Source: a virus. Taken from it: a stretch of 64,000 nucleotides of DNA. The stretch lies in the IMG/VR virus record IMGVR_UViG_3300034102_002416. One strand, written 5' to 3'. Below are positions 18,547-27,208 of the stretch, one piece after another. A program made the position numbers and the translations under genes. A model generated the notes under the pieces. The model searched no databases. It saw only the letters and a list, made by a program, of their open reading frames with translations, and was not told the DNA's origin. Position 1 is the stretch's first letter. Every line of letters begins with the position of its first letter.

Positions 18547-19785
18547 CTATCCAACATATATTTTCAATGGAACTTTTGCTAAAATTTCATGCATCTGAGT
18601 TGATTCAGCATTTTGTCGTGTTAGCATTTGTTCTTTTGTCAATTTATCTAAAAATTCTCTCAACTGCGTTATTAATGCATCTTTTTCCGATTGTCCCTGT
18701 GAAATTAAATCTCCACCGTTCAATGTAACTTCGGAATTAGGTATTGGAATTGATGAATATTTATTACGTACAAATCCTAACATTTCTTTTACAAGTGCAG
18801 CACCATATTTAATTATCCAAGATCGCCCCATATCATTAATGCTACTGTATGTTTGATATGTATATGGTATATTAGATGCGTCACTCACAACGCCGTTTAA
18901 AAGTGCTGTATTACCAAATAATAAGGCATCCTTATCTTTTTCATCGGCAAATATATATTCTACCCATACTTGACCATAGAATATAGTAGATGCTGAACTA
19001 CCGGTGCCTGATGTTGGTATTGGATAAAACTTAATATCATCGCCATGTATTTCAAATGAATAATGAGACTTACGTACCTGGTCATTGAATTCAATCGATT
19101 GTAGTCTTAACAAATCTGCATGTATTGGCATCATCATGAAACTAATAGAAGGTGAAAATCCTCCAAAGTTAAATGAATCTAAAAGTTGTTGCGATCCTAA
19201 TCCAGTACCAACAAATGGATCAAAATATCTAACAATTGCTGGCGGTGGTGTATGTAATACTCGTTTAATTTCAATTGAGCTAGTTGGAGATAATGATGAT
19301 GATTCTGCTGCTAATGATGAAGATACAGCTGCGCGCATACTATATGTCTGCTGACCAGGAATCATATCTATCTGTACTTTTCTCCATTTTACAGTACCAC
19401 CAGAATCAGCTTCAGTACCATATGCTCTAGATAGTTTTGTAATGTATCCTAAAGAGCTTCCAACTACTGCTCCGGTAAAACCTTGCGGACCTAAGAAGCT
19501 AGATCCGGTTTGGATACCCAATGTACTCATCAAATTGTTAGTTATATTAATTTGATTGATTTGATTTGAGTATTCTATAACAGCAGCTTCAAATGCAGTA
19601 TAAAAATTAACATCAACTAATTCAACATCCATAATAGGATATCCAACATGTTGTGCTGCATATTTAGCAAATCGATCGGCTTGTTGTTGAAATAATGGAT
19701 CTGTATCAAAAAATCCAAATGGTGTAGATCCAGTTGTAAATGAAGAAGAACCGGGCCATATGGGCTTTGATACACTATAATCCAT
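18547..19785 (-). CDS. neck/head-tail adaptor protein (T4 gp13-like)
   Basis: VGYPIMDVEL...WIIKYGAALVKEMLGFVRNKYSSIPIPNSEVTLNG gp13 signature. Confidence 0.8.
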   Translation of the reverse strand: MDYSVSKPIWPGSSSFTTGSTPFGFFDTDPLFQQQADRFAKYAAQHVGYPIMDVELVDVNFYTAFEAAVIEYSNQINQINITNNLMSTLGIQTGSSFLGPQGFTGAVVGSSLGYITKLSRAYGTEADSGGTVKWRKVQIDMIPGQQTYSMRAAVSSSLAAESSSLSPTSSIEIKRVLHTPPPAIVRYFDPFVGTGLGSQQLLDSFNFGGFSPSISFMMMPIHADLLRLQSIEFNDQVRKSHYSFEIHGDDIKFYPIPTSGTGSSASTIFYGQVWVEYIFADEKDKDALLFGNTALLNGVVSDASNIPYTYQTYSSINDMGRSWIIKYGAALVKEMLGFVRNKYSSIPIPNSEVTLNGGDLISQGQSEKDALITQLREFLDKLTKEQMLTRQNAESTQMHEILAKVPLKIYVG

Positions 19786-19810
19786 TATGTTTCCTTTTTA
19801 TATATAAATA

Positions 19811-20476
19811 TCAATACGTCTCATTTAAGAGCTTTAAAATTTCATCTAATGCTTCATGTCGATGATTATCTAACAATATAATTTCATTCACAAATCTAGA
19901 CTTAGTTAATTTAGGAACTTCATGCACTGCCGAATCATTTGTAAATTTTAAATCTATCTGATATTTATCGCCAGTTAATATCATTAAACTGTCTTTACCT
20001 AATCGAGACAACACCATTTGTAATTGTTGTTTGGTTAAATTCTGAAATTCATCCACAATACAAATTGCATGATCAAAAGTACGTCCTCGGAAATGTGCTA
20101 AAGAAACCAATTCAATGTTTTCTTCTTTTTCCATTTTTTCCAGTATATCCGGTTTATTGTATACCTTACGCATATTGCTTCGAAGCGGCACTAACCATGG
20201 CTCCATCTTTTCATTCAATGAGCCGGGTAAAAATCCATTATCTTCATTTGATACGGTAGGACGTGTTATAATGATTTTGTTTATTTGTCGTTTAAAAAAC
20301 ATATCCAAAGCAATTTGGACTGCTAACAAGGTTTTACCAGACCCAGCTTTACCTAGTATAAAATTGAATGGTGTTTCAATAATTTTTGCTTTTGCTAGTT
20401 TTTGTTCTTCTGATAATGTTATTGAAAATTTAATGTCGTTCTTCGGTGGAGTTTTCTCCTTGTTTGATGTTGTCAT
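19811..20476 (-). CDS. phoH: PhoH-family ATPase
   Basis: GKAGSGKT Walker A, ITRP, GFLPG, RGRTF, VDEFQN, LSRLG, TGDKYQID, NHRH. Confidence 0.95.
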   Translation of the reverse strand: MTTSNKEKTPPKNDIKFSITLSEEQKLAKAKIIETPFNFILGKAGSGKTLLAVQIALDMFFKRQINKIIITRPTVSNEDNGFLPGSLNEKMEPWLVPLRSNMRKVYNKPDILEKMEKEENIELVSLAHFRGRTFDHAICIVDEFQNLTKQQLQMVLSRLGKDSLMILTGDKYQIDLKFTNDSAVHEVPKLTKSRFVNEIILLDNHRHEALDEILKLLNETY

Positions 20477-20498
20477 AGTAACCTGTTTTAAGTTAAAA

Positions 20499-20774
20499 TT
20501 AAAATAATTTTGTAAGTGTAGATTCTCGAAGTGTCATGTCTTTAAGTGTTTCAATCTTACCTAAACAGGCTTGACGGATAGCTTTAAACGTGTCATGAGG
20601 AGAATGAGGTGTCATTACTTTGATGGTAATTAATTCTTTATCTGGACCTAAGTCTTGTTCGATATGAACCATTAATACCAAACTAATTGCTCGTATACGA
20701 TCTAATACATCGACTAAACGACCATCATATCGTATAATTGTTTGCATTGAATACTTGTTATAAGGTACTGCCAT
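20499..20774 (-). CDS. hypothetical protein
   Basis: 91 aa ORF with late motif at 20789-20797. Confidence 0.65.
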   Translation of the reverse strand: MAVPYNKYSMQTIIRYDGRLVDVLDRIRAISLVLMVHIEQDLGPDKELITIKVMTPHSPHDTFKAIRQACLGKIETLKDMTLRESTLTKLF

Positions 20775-20805
20775 ATTATTTCTTTTAATATAAATATTGA
20801 ACAGT

Positions 20806-20833
20806 AAAAAAGGGTGACCGAAGCCACCCCTTT
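20806..20833 (-). terminator. intrinsic terminator after major capsid gene
   Basis: Minus strand AAAGGGGTGGC-TTCG-GTCACCCTTTTTT. Confidence 0.85.
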
Positions 20834-20855
20834 CCTATTCGTTAAATATTAAATA

Positions 20856-22505
20856 CTATAGAGTATCTAATCCACGTACATATACCTTCCCATAAAATTC
20901 GGGGCGGACCACTTTCTTCGCGTAACGTGTCATAACACCTTTACGTGGAGTGAAGTTAACTGGATCGTATACCAACGGAGTCATGATAAGTGGAATGTAT
21001 GGGCTAAATACAGCACCTGTTTCTAGGAACTGTGCTCCACGGAATCCCATAAGGATTACATTCTCTTTCATGTATGGGTTTTTGTAAACTGTGTAACGGT
21101 TATTGATTGCACCAATTTTTTGTACACCAGCTGCAAATTCCATTTTAGTTCCATCTGTGTCAGCAGCAAATCCTGGGATAGACTCAAGGATAGTTGCAAC
21201 AGCAGGAGAAGTTACAAGGAAGTTAGCACCACCACGCAATGTTTTTTGGTGAATTTTATTAGATACTTTTTGAAGTTTAGTACCTAATGTTTGGAACCAA
21301 CCACCTTGAGTGTTATAGAAACCACCAGTAGTAGTAGAAGTTTGAGTGAAACCAGTTCCGTTCCATACTTCGTTGTTAACTGCTGACCAATACTCAGTTG
21401 TTGGAGCTGCTGCGATCAACATGTCAAGGATCTCAAGATCGATTTCCATTGATACATACTCAGAAAGCATTGAAGTCAATTCAGCTTCAGCATCAATTGA
21501 GTGGTAAGCATTAAGGTCTTGAGCAAATTCAGGAGTCCAAACTGCTTTCAACTTACGTGTTTTAGCAACAATTGGTTCTGATTGCATTTCAAGATTGATT
21601 TCTGGGATATCAATATCAATACCAGTATTAATACCTGTGTTAGCAGAAGATCCTTTAAATGGATTTTTATCTTCAAAATCACCTCTAGTAATATCAGTAG
21701 GTTGTTTGCTATAATTCAATTTGAAATTAGATGCACTAATTGCAGTTTGAATTGCAATTGCTTGAGTTGCAGTTACAACGAATGACGCAGTGTAGTTGCT
21801 AGTAATTGTTGAGAAAGCTTGTACCGGTACAATTTCTGTGTTAGCAGAACCAGAACTAAGTGTAAATGCACGAACTGCATATAAATCAGCATCTGTTGGT
21901 ACGTTAACTGTAACAACTTTATAATTTGATGATCCGTTTGTAAAATCTGAATCGAAATTTAAAGATGCAGATGATGGTGCAGAACCAGTTGCTGCAGTTA
22001 CTGTCGAACTAACGTTATGAATTGAATATCCAAAACGACCTGCTCCATAAAGACCTCCAGCTGCGTCAGATCCAGTTGTAGTAACACCAAACATTGAATC
22101 TAATGCATTAGGATTTCCAAATGGATCACCTGTACGGTTCAAGTTGTCATCATCGAATCCTGGTTGTGCTGTACCATATTTGAAATCAAGATAGAAAATA
22201 AGTCCTGATGGCAAGTTCATTGGTTGAACTGAAACGAATTCTTTAGCTGCAAATTCAGCAAAGATACGACGTACCAATGGAAGAGCTACACCAGCCCATT
22301 CTTCAGATCCTGCAGCAACACCCGTAGATGATGCTTCTTTTACTAATTGACGTGCTTGGTTTTCAAGCAATTGAGCCATACCTGCTTTTTCGGTTTCGCC
22401 CTTAAGACCTTCTAATAGACCGGTCTTTTCCCATTTTGCTGCTAACGCTTTTGCTTGATTTCTTTGTACAAAATCGTTAGTTTGCAATAAATTTGAAATA
22501 CTCAT
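20856..22505 (-). CDS. gp23: major capsid protein (T4 gp23-like)
   Basis: LPLVRR, VQPMNLPSGLIFYL, AKTRKLKAVWTPEFAQDLNAYH, PYIPL, FTPRKGVMTRY. Confidence 0.97.
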   Translation of the reverse strand: MSISNLLQTNDFVQRNQAKALAAKWEKTGLLEGLKGETEKAGMAQLLENQARQLVKEASSTGVAAGSEEWAGVALPLVRRIFAEFAAKEFVSVQPMNLPSGLIFYLDFKYGTAQPGFDDDNLNRTGDPFGNPNALDSMFGVTTTGSDAAGGLYGAGRFGYSIHNVSSTVTAATGSAPSSASLNFDSDFTNGSSNYKVVTVNVPTDADLYAVRAFTLSSGSANTEIVPVQAFSTITSNYTASFVVTATQAIAIQTAISASNFKLNYSKQPTDITRGDFEDKNPFKGSSANTGINTGIDIDIPEINLEMQSEPIVAKTRKLKAVWTPEFAQDLNAYHSIDAEAELTSMLSEYVSMEIDLEILDMLIAAAPTTEYWSAVNNEVWNGTGFTQTSTTTGGFYNTQGGWFQTLGTKLQKVSNKIHQKTLRGGANFLVTSPAVATILESIPGFAADTDGTKMEFAAGVQKIGAINNRYTVYKNPYMKENVILMGFRGAQFLETGAVFSPYIPLIMTPLVYDPVNFTPRKGVMTRYAKKVVRPEFYGKVYVRGLDTL

Positions 22506-22529
22506 TTTTGTTTTCCTTTTTTTTAATGT

Positions 22530-23501
22530 TTATAGCAATCCTGCTAATTTTTTCCAACGGTTAGCTAATTCAAACCCTTCAGATAAAACTTGTGTTGTTG
22601 CTTTGCTAGGAGCTGTTGTTGCAACTGCTTTAGATGCATACGACTCTTTAACTACACGTTTTTTAACTGGACGAGTGAATGATTCAGCCAATGTAGTGAA
22701 TACTAATTTAACTTCTCTCGTTGTTCCGGCACGATCAAAATTTTCAATTACTTTCATTTTTTGAGTTTCGTTTAACTCAAAGTTACGGAACAATTTGTTT
22801 GTGTAAAGAAGTTTTGCATTTAAAAGATTAACTTCAGAAAGAATAGACTTAAGTTCATGAACCGTACGGTAAGCTTCTTTAAGTTCTTCTTCTTTAGCTT
22901 CCATTTCTTCTTTCATGTGATCTGCCTCTTCATCTTCTTCTGCTTCTTCCTCTTCACGTAAGATTGCTTCAATGATAGAATCGATATTTTCAGACATCAT
23001 TTCATCATCTTCGTCAGACATATAGCCATCTGCAACGATTTCTTCGTCAACATCTGTTTCCATTTCTGGTTCTGTTTCCATTTCTAAATCGCCTTCAAGC
23101 TCACGAATGATTGCTTCTAAATTTAGATCTTCTTCACCCTCTTCAGAAAATTCATCAGCTTCAATTTCTGCAGGTACGTCTGCCGGCATTTCTTCGTCAG
23201 CTGGTTCGTTAATTTCATAATCATAAGTTTCATCACCTACTGAAAATGAAATGTCATTGTCAACCCACTCAACTCCTTCGCCTTCGCCTTCCATACCAGC
23301 GTCAACATCCATTGAATCCATTTCTACATCCGCTTCCATCGCATCTTCGTCAGCCAATTCATTTTCGATTTCTGTTGCCAGCATCTCTTTAATTCTTGGT
23401 GCGAAAGCTTCTTGAAGCGCAAGTTTTGCGTTTGCTAATGCAGTTTCTTTAACAGCACGTGCATCAGCGATTGCTTCTTTTAGCAAATCTGATTTTGCCA
23501 T
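22530..23501 (-). CDS. prohead scaffold/core protein (gp22-like)
   Basis: Very acidic coiled-coil protein directly upstream of MCP, with many x-x-E sites; AAGGAG SD. Confidence 0.8.
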   Translation of the reverse strand: MAKSDLLKEAIADARAVKETALANAKLALQEAFAPRIKEMLATEIENELADEDAMEADVEMDSMDVDAGMEGEGEGVEWVDNDISFSVGDETYDYEINEPADEEMPADVPAEIEADEFSEEGEEDLNLEAIIRELEGDLEMETEPEMETDVDEEIVADGYMSDEDDEMMSENIDSIIEAILREEEEAEEDEEADHMKEEMEAKEEELKEAYRTVHELKSILSEVNLLNAKLLYTNKLFRNFELNETQKMKVIENFDRAGTTREVKLVFTTLAESFTRPVKKRVVKESYASKAVATTAPSKATTQVLSEGFELANRWKKLAGLL

Positions 23502-23609
23502 TTGTTTCTCCTTAAATTTTTTTTTTGGAAGTAAGATTATTATGAATCTTAATAGAATATTTTTTATACATCTAAACGCTATATAATAAAAGAAAATAGC
23601 GTATTCTTT

Positions 23610-23618
23610 AATAAATAT
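23610..23618 (-). promoter_or_regulatory. late promoter motif ATATTTATT (scaffold-MCP transcript)
   Basis: Sits just downstream of a terminator and about 110 nt upstream of the scaffold ATG. Confidence 0.65.
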
Positions 23619-23639
23619 ATCAATGTATTAAAAAACAGT

Positions 23640-23670
23640 AAAAAAGCCCCAACTTTTTTGTTGAGGCTTT
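23640..23670 (-). terminator. intrinsic terminator after bS21
   Basis: Minus strand AAAGCCTCAAC-AAAAAA-GTTGGGGCTTTTTT. Confidence 0.8.
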
Positions 23671-23693
23671 AAATTATTATATTTTCGTGTTTA

Positions 23694-23936
23694 TTATTCG
23701 TTTGCTGATTTTATACGTTGAATGTATGCAGCTTTGGTTTTTTGCTGACGATTTGTTACACTAGGTTTAATATATTCTTGTTTGTCTTTAACCCGATTCA
23801 ATATGTTAGCAGATTTTACTTTACGTTTCCATGCCTTTAATGCATGTGCTAAATCCATTGCTTCTGTACCTACTACATTTATAGCTAAAGAATTACCAGG
23901 AACAATTTGTTGATGTTGTTTTTGTTTTTTACTCAT
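23694..23936 (-). CDS. rpsU: phage-encoded ribosomal protein bS21
   Basis: INVV...DLAHALKAWKRKVKSANIL...EYIKPSVTNRQQKTKAAYIQ matches the bS21 pattern (ALkxfKrk...KPS); has an N-terminal extension of about 16 aa. Confidence 0.85.
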   Translation of the reverse strand: MSKKQKQHQQIVPGNSLAINVVGTEAMDLAHALKAWKRKVKSANILNRVKDKQEYIKPSVTNRQQKTKAAYIQRIKSANE

Positions 23937-23945
23937 ATAACTTGT

Positions 23946-24398
23946 TTATTTTTTAACTTTAAATTTAAATTTAGCAATTCCCGGAGACTGTGATATATAA
24001 CCTTGTATTCTCTGTGAATCTTTATACGGATCCGTACCAATTCTAAAATATAGATATCCAGCTACTGCACCAGATGATGTTTTGTATAAATCTTTTGTAA
24101 TTAGTTCAAATCCTTTTTTCTTTGACCAATCAATAATATCCATCATTGTTTGTTTTGCTGTTGCCGGATCAGCAAATAACATTCGTACGCCGCCTTGATA
24201 ATCAGTAATCTTATTAACTAATTCTGCTTCTTCTAATTCAGTATTTTCTAATTTAACATCTAATCCCTGATCAGTCATTTTTTTAATATCAGGTGCAGGT
24301 GTTGTTTTCGGTAAATGTACAGATCCTTTTTTATTATTAATTGATGTTTGTTCAGTTAATCCAAAAAAGTCACGATATAGTTTTTTTAGTTTATTCAT
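23946..24398 (-). CDS. hypothetical protein co-transcribed with bS21
   Basis: 150 aa; the C-terminal half has a beta-alpha-beta-beta-alpha-beta pattern. Confidence 0.65.
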   Translation of the reverse strand: MNKLKKLYRDFFGLTEQTSINNKKGSVHLPKTTPAPDIKKMTDQGLDVKLENTELEEAELVNKITDYQGGVRMLFADPATAKQTMMDIIDWSKKKGFELITKDLYKTSSGAVAGYLYFRIGTDPYKDSQRIQGYISQSPGIAKFKFKVKK

Positions 24399-24410
24399 TT
24401 TATATTACCT

Positions 24411-24442
24411 TAATAATAAAGTATTTTATACTAATTTCCAAA
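24411..24442 (-). promoter_or_regulatory. class II promoter TTTG-N20-TATTATTA (bS21 operon)
   Basis: Same 20-nt spacer architecture; fills the whole intergenic gap. Confidence 0.55.
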
Positions 24443-24820
24443 TTATCCAACGCGGAAGTATCGGTTTAAATGCTGTCCAATATCTTCATATGCAGCTTCT
24501 AATCGTTGCTGTAATTGGTTTATTTCTTTAGAAGTAGCTTCAAATACTTTAAAAGCTTCCGTTAAACCTTTCGCATGACGACTTACAGTTACATTATCAA
24601 ACCAGTCTTTATCTTCGGTCATTATTCGTTGTGATTTGTCAACGATACCACGTACGCGTTCCGTTAAATCTTTTAGTTTTCCACTTCCATATACCGATTC
24701 ACCTAATGCAGAAAAATTTGCTACATCTTGCATAAACTGGCGTTTTTCTTCTTTTGTTAATGCTACTTCTTCTTCGCCAGTCATCATTTCTAAAATTCTT
24801 TTTAAATTCGGTGTATTCAT
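24443..24820 (-). CDS. hypothetical head-associated coiled-coil protein
   Basis: Start moved to MNTPNLKRILE at 24820 (AGGA SD); lies in the head cluster. Confidence 0.65.
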   Translation of the reverse strand: MNTPNLKRILEMMTGEEEVALTKEEKRQFMQDVANFSALGESVYGSGKLKDLTERVRGIVDKSQRIMTEDKDWFDNVTVSRHAKGLTEAFKVFEATSKEINQLQQRLEAAYEDIGQHLNRYFRVG

Positions 24821-24821
24821 A

Positions 24822-25451
24822 TTATATCCTACATTTTCCATCTTCACACAATATAGATGTGATAATGTTATTAACATTTGCGTATTTATTTGTTGTTTGA
24901 TTTTTATTAACAGATTCATTCATTGATGTTGGTCGCATAAATGCACCGTGGGTTGATGGATTTGATACAAAGTCCCAACATATTAATTCAAAATCCTCTT
25001 GAACTTCTACTGCTGACTCGTTACGTAATTCCTTTACAGATCCCAATCCTCGCGATGATATTCCCAATGTAATTCCCGCTCGGAACAACTCTTTAAGAAT
25101 TTTACCAGATGGCGTATCTAATACTTGAACTGTACCATGTAGATCATCACCACTCCACCAAATTTTAAGAATATTGTGTGACACATTATTCAAGTTAACT
25201 ACCGATGATTCTGGATGATCTAATTCACCTAATGCTCTATGTTGATCAATATATTCTCGTTGATATCTCTGGCACTCTCTATGTAATATGTTTTTAGGAT
25301 ATATTCGTCCATTTTGATTTTTAGCACCAGCTCTTTGTAAAACTCCTTCAACTACAAAACCACCTGGTATTCCATATGCAGCCCCATTTGATTCATTTAA
25401 TGAACCAACCGGTTTAAATGGCATATATTCTACAATTAGTTGTTTTGACAT
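24822..25451 (-). CDS. gp21: prohead protease (T4 gp21-like)
   Basis: NQNGRIYP, ALGELDHP, DTPSGKI, GISSRGLGS, DFVSNPS. Confidence 0.93.
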   Translation of the reverse strand: MSKQLIVEYMPFKPVGSLNESNGAAYGIPGGFVVEGVLQRAGAKNQNGRIYPKNILHRECQRYQREYIDQHRALGELDHPESSVVNLNNVSHNILKIWWSGDDLHGTVQVLDTPSGKILKELFRAGITLGISSRGLGSVKELRNESAVEVQEDFELICWDFVSNPSTHGAFMRPTSMNESVNKNQTTNKYANVNNIITSILCEDGKCRI

Positions 25452-25452
25452 A

Positions 25453-26313
25453 TTATTCCCCTAATGATCTTATTCGTTCTGATATTTTTATTAATCTTTC
25501 TGATATTTTTTGTAACGCTTTTGTTGTCGCTGGTCCATATGATGTAGATGTTACACCAGATTCTGTTTTTAATTTTGTATTGTAATTAACCAACGTTTCA
25601 ATTTCAGAAAGTTTTTTTGCAATTTCTTGTATTGTTTTCTTAACTTTAACCGAAGGTTTTATATCTTCAGATTTAAAGTTTCGATAACTTTCAATTAACT
25701 GTTCATATTTTGTTTCTATCACTTCATTAACAGTTAATGTTTTATGTTTTTTAGTAGCAGTACCTGGTTTTCCTACTAAATTTTTTGATGGATATTCATA
25801 ATCAGAATGTTGCCAATCTTTACCATCAACTGCAAATGGAAATTTAGAATTATATTCTTCTTCCTCAGACTCAGGTTTTTGATACTGATCGTTATCTGTA
25901 AATGGATCGAATTTATATGTTGGTGGGGTATTTACTGATTCATATCTAGCTTGTTTACCACGCCATTTGCCTGGTTTAGCAAAAGCAGCTGGTGTATTAA
26001 ATCCAGCAACTCCCCCAGTTGTTGACATTTCATCCAATGAAATATTATGATCGATAATTTCAATATTTTGTTTAATAAACGTGTCATATAGATCTTGTAT
26101 TTCTTCTCCATTAAATGAAGCATATACATTAGATCCATATGTAGTAATTTCATTAAAACTTCTAGCAATATCCGCATATGTTTCTAAAGCTCGTTTAGCA
26201 TCACGTACTGCTACTTCGATGTAGTTTGGCTCATCTAAACTAGACTTTAAATTTTCATGAACTGAATTTAATTCTAAAAATTTATCTTCAATTTCTTTAA
26301 GAAATGACCTCAT
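25453..26313 (-). CDS. hypothetical prohead core/internal protein
   Basis: Between portal and protease; SLDE|MSTTGGVAGFNTP and several xxE sites. Confidence 0.6.
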   Translation of the reverse strand: MRSFLKEIEDKFLELNSVHENLKSSLDEPNYIEVAVRDAKRALETYADIARSFNEITTYGSNVYASFNGEEIQDLYDTFIKQNIEIIDHNISLDEMSTTGGVAGFNTPAAFAKPGKWRGKQARYESVNTPPTYKFDPFTDNDQYQKPESEEEEYNSKFPFAVDGKDWQHSDYEYPSKNLVGKPGTATKKHKTLTVNEVIETKYEQLIESYRNFKSEDIKPSVKVKKTIQEIAKKLSEIETLVNYNTKLKTESGVTSTSYGPATTKALQKISERLIKISERIRSLGE

Positions 26314-27164
26314 GAATGAATCCCTTTTAATTCGTCTATCAAATCAAAATAACGAAGTAATGATAAAATATGTGATTCTTTAATAGATTTCATTGTTTCA
26401 ACATTACATAACATTTCAGATAGTTTTGTTACTTTTATTTTAGTAGCAGGATCTGAGATATGCTTTGCTTGTGCAGCTAAATCTTTTTTAATAACAGGAA
26501 TAACATGTTGTATATATTCCTTTAAAGCAGTAGTATCATTAACATTTGTAATATATTTGTTTAATAAACGTTTCTGAGATTCGGATAATACTGAATATTT
26601 TTTATTAAATTTATCTACTAACATTTGATATGCTAACAAACGCATATCCTTAGATTGTGATTCAAATGTTTCGAGTATATTGTCTTTTTTTACATGGGTA
26701 CGTTGTTCTGATATTAATCCATGTGTAATAATTACATTTTTACATTCTAGCAATTGTTTTGGATTATGAGTTTCATCATGTTCGAACAACATGTTAATAG
26801 ATGCTAAAACTTTGTAATTATTGATATGCATTTTTGCCATATCTGAAAAAACAAATTTTTCTGAAATTTCTTTTACTAAATTATATCGTTGTCGCTTTAA
26901 TGCACTTTGATTTAATTTAGAGTGTGCAGATTTTACTGTACGTACATAATCTAATGCCTGAGCTTCACTTTTAAATTGCTCTTTAATTAACGTGTTATAC
27001 AAATGCAATTCTTTTGCTAATTCAGTATTACGTCCAAAGTATTTTTTAATTATATCAATTGTAACCGATTTATCAGAAGATAATGTTTCAGATGTTAATT
27101 TTCTTACTAACATTTCAAATAAAATACCCGTATTTTTATATTTCGAATGTTTTAATTTTTTCAT
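26310..27164 (-). CDS. conserved hypothetical head-assembly protein
   Basis: 284 aa basic helical protein (KHSKYKNTGILFE) immediately after the portal; late motif at 27192-27200. Confidence 0.6.
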   Translation of the reverse strand: MKKLKHSKYKNTGILFEMLVRKLTSETLSSDKSVTIDIIKKYFGRNTELAKELHLYNTLIKEQFKSEAQALDYVRTVKSAHSKLNQSALKRQRYNLVKEISEKFVFSDMAKMHINNYKVLASINMLFEHDETHNPKQLLECKNVIITHGLISEQRTHVKKDNILETFESQSKDMRLLAYQMLVDKFNKKYSVLSESQKRLLNKYITNVNDTTALKEYIQHVIPVIKKDLAAQAKHISDPATKIKVTKLSEMLCNVETMKSIKESHILSLLRYFDLIDELKGIHS

Positions 27165-27208
27165 GTTTTATACGTTGCCCCGAATCTTTTAAATAAATAT
27201 GTTTATAA

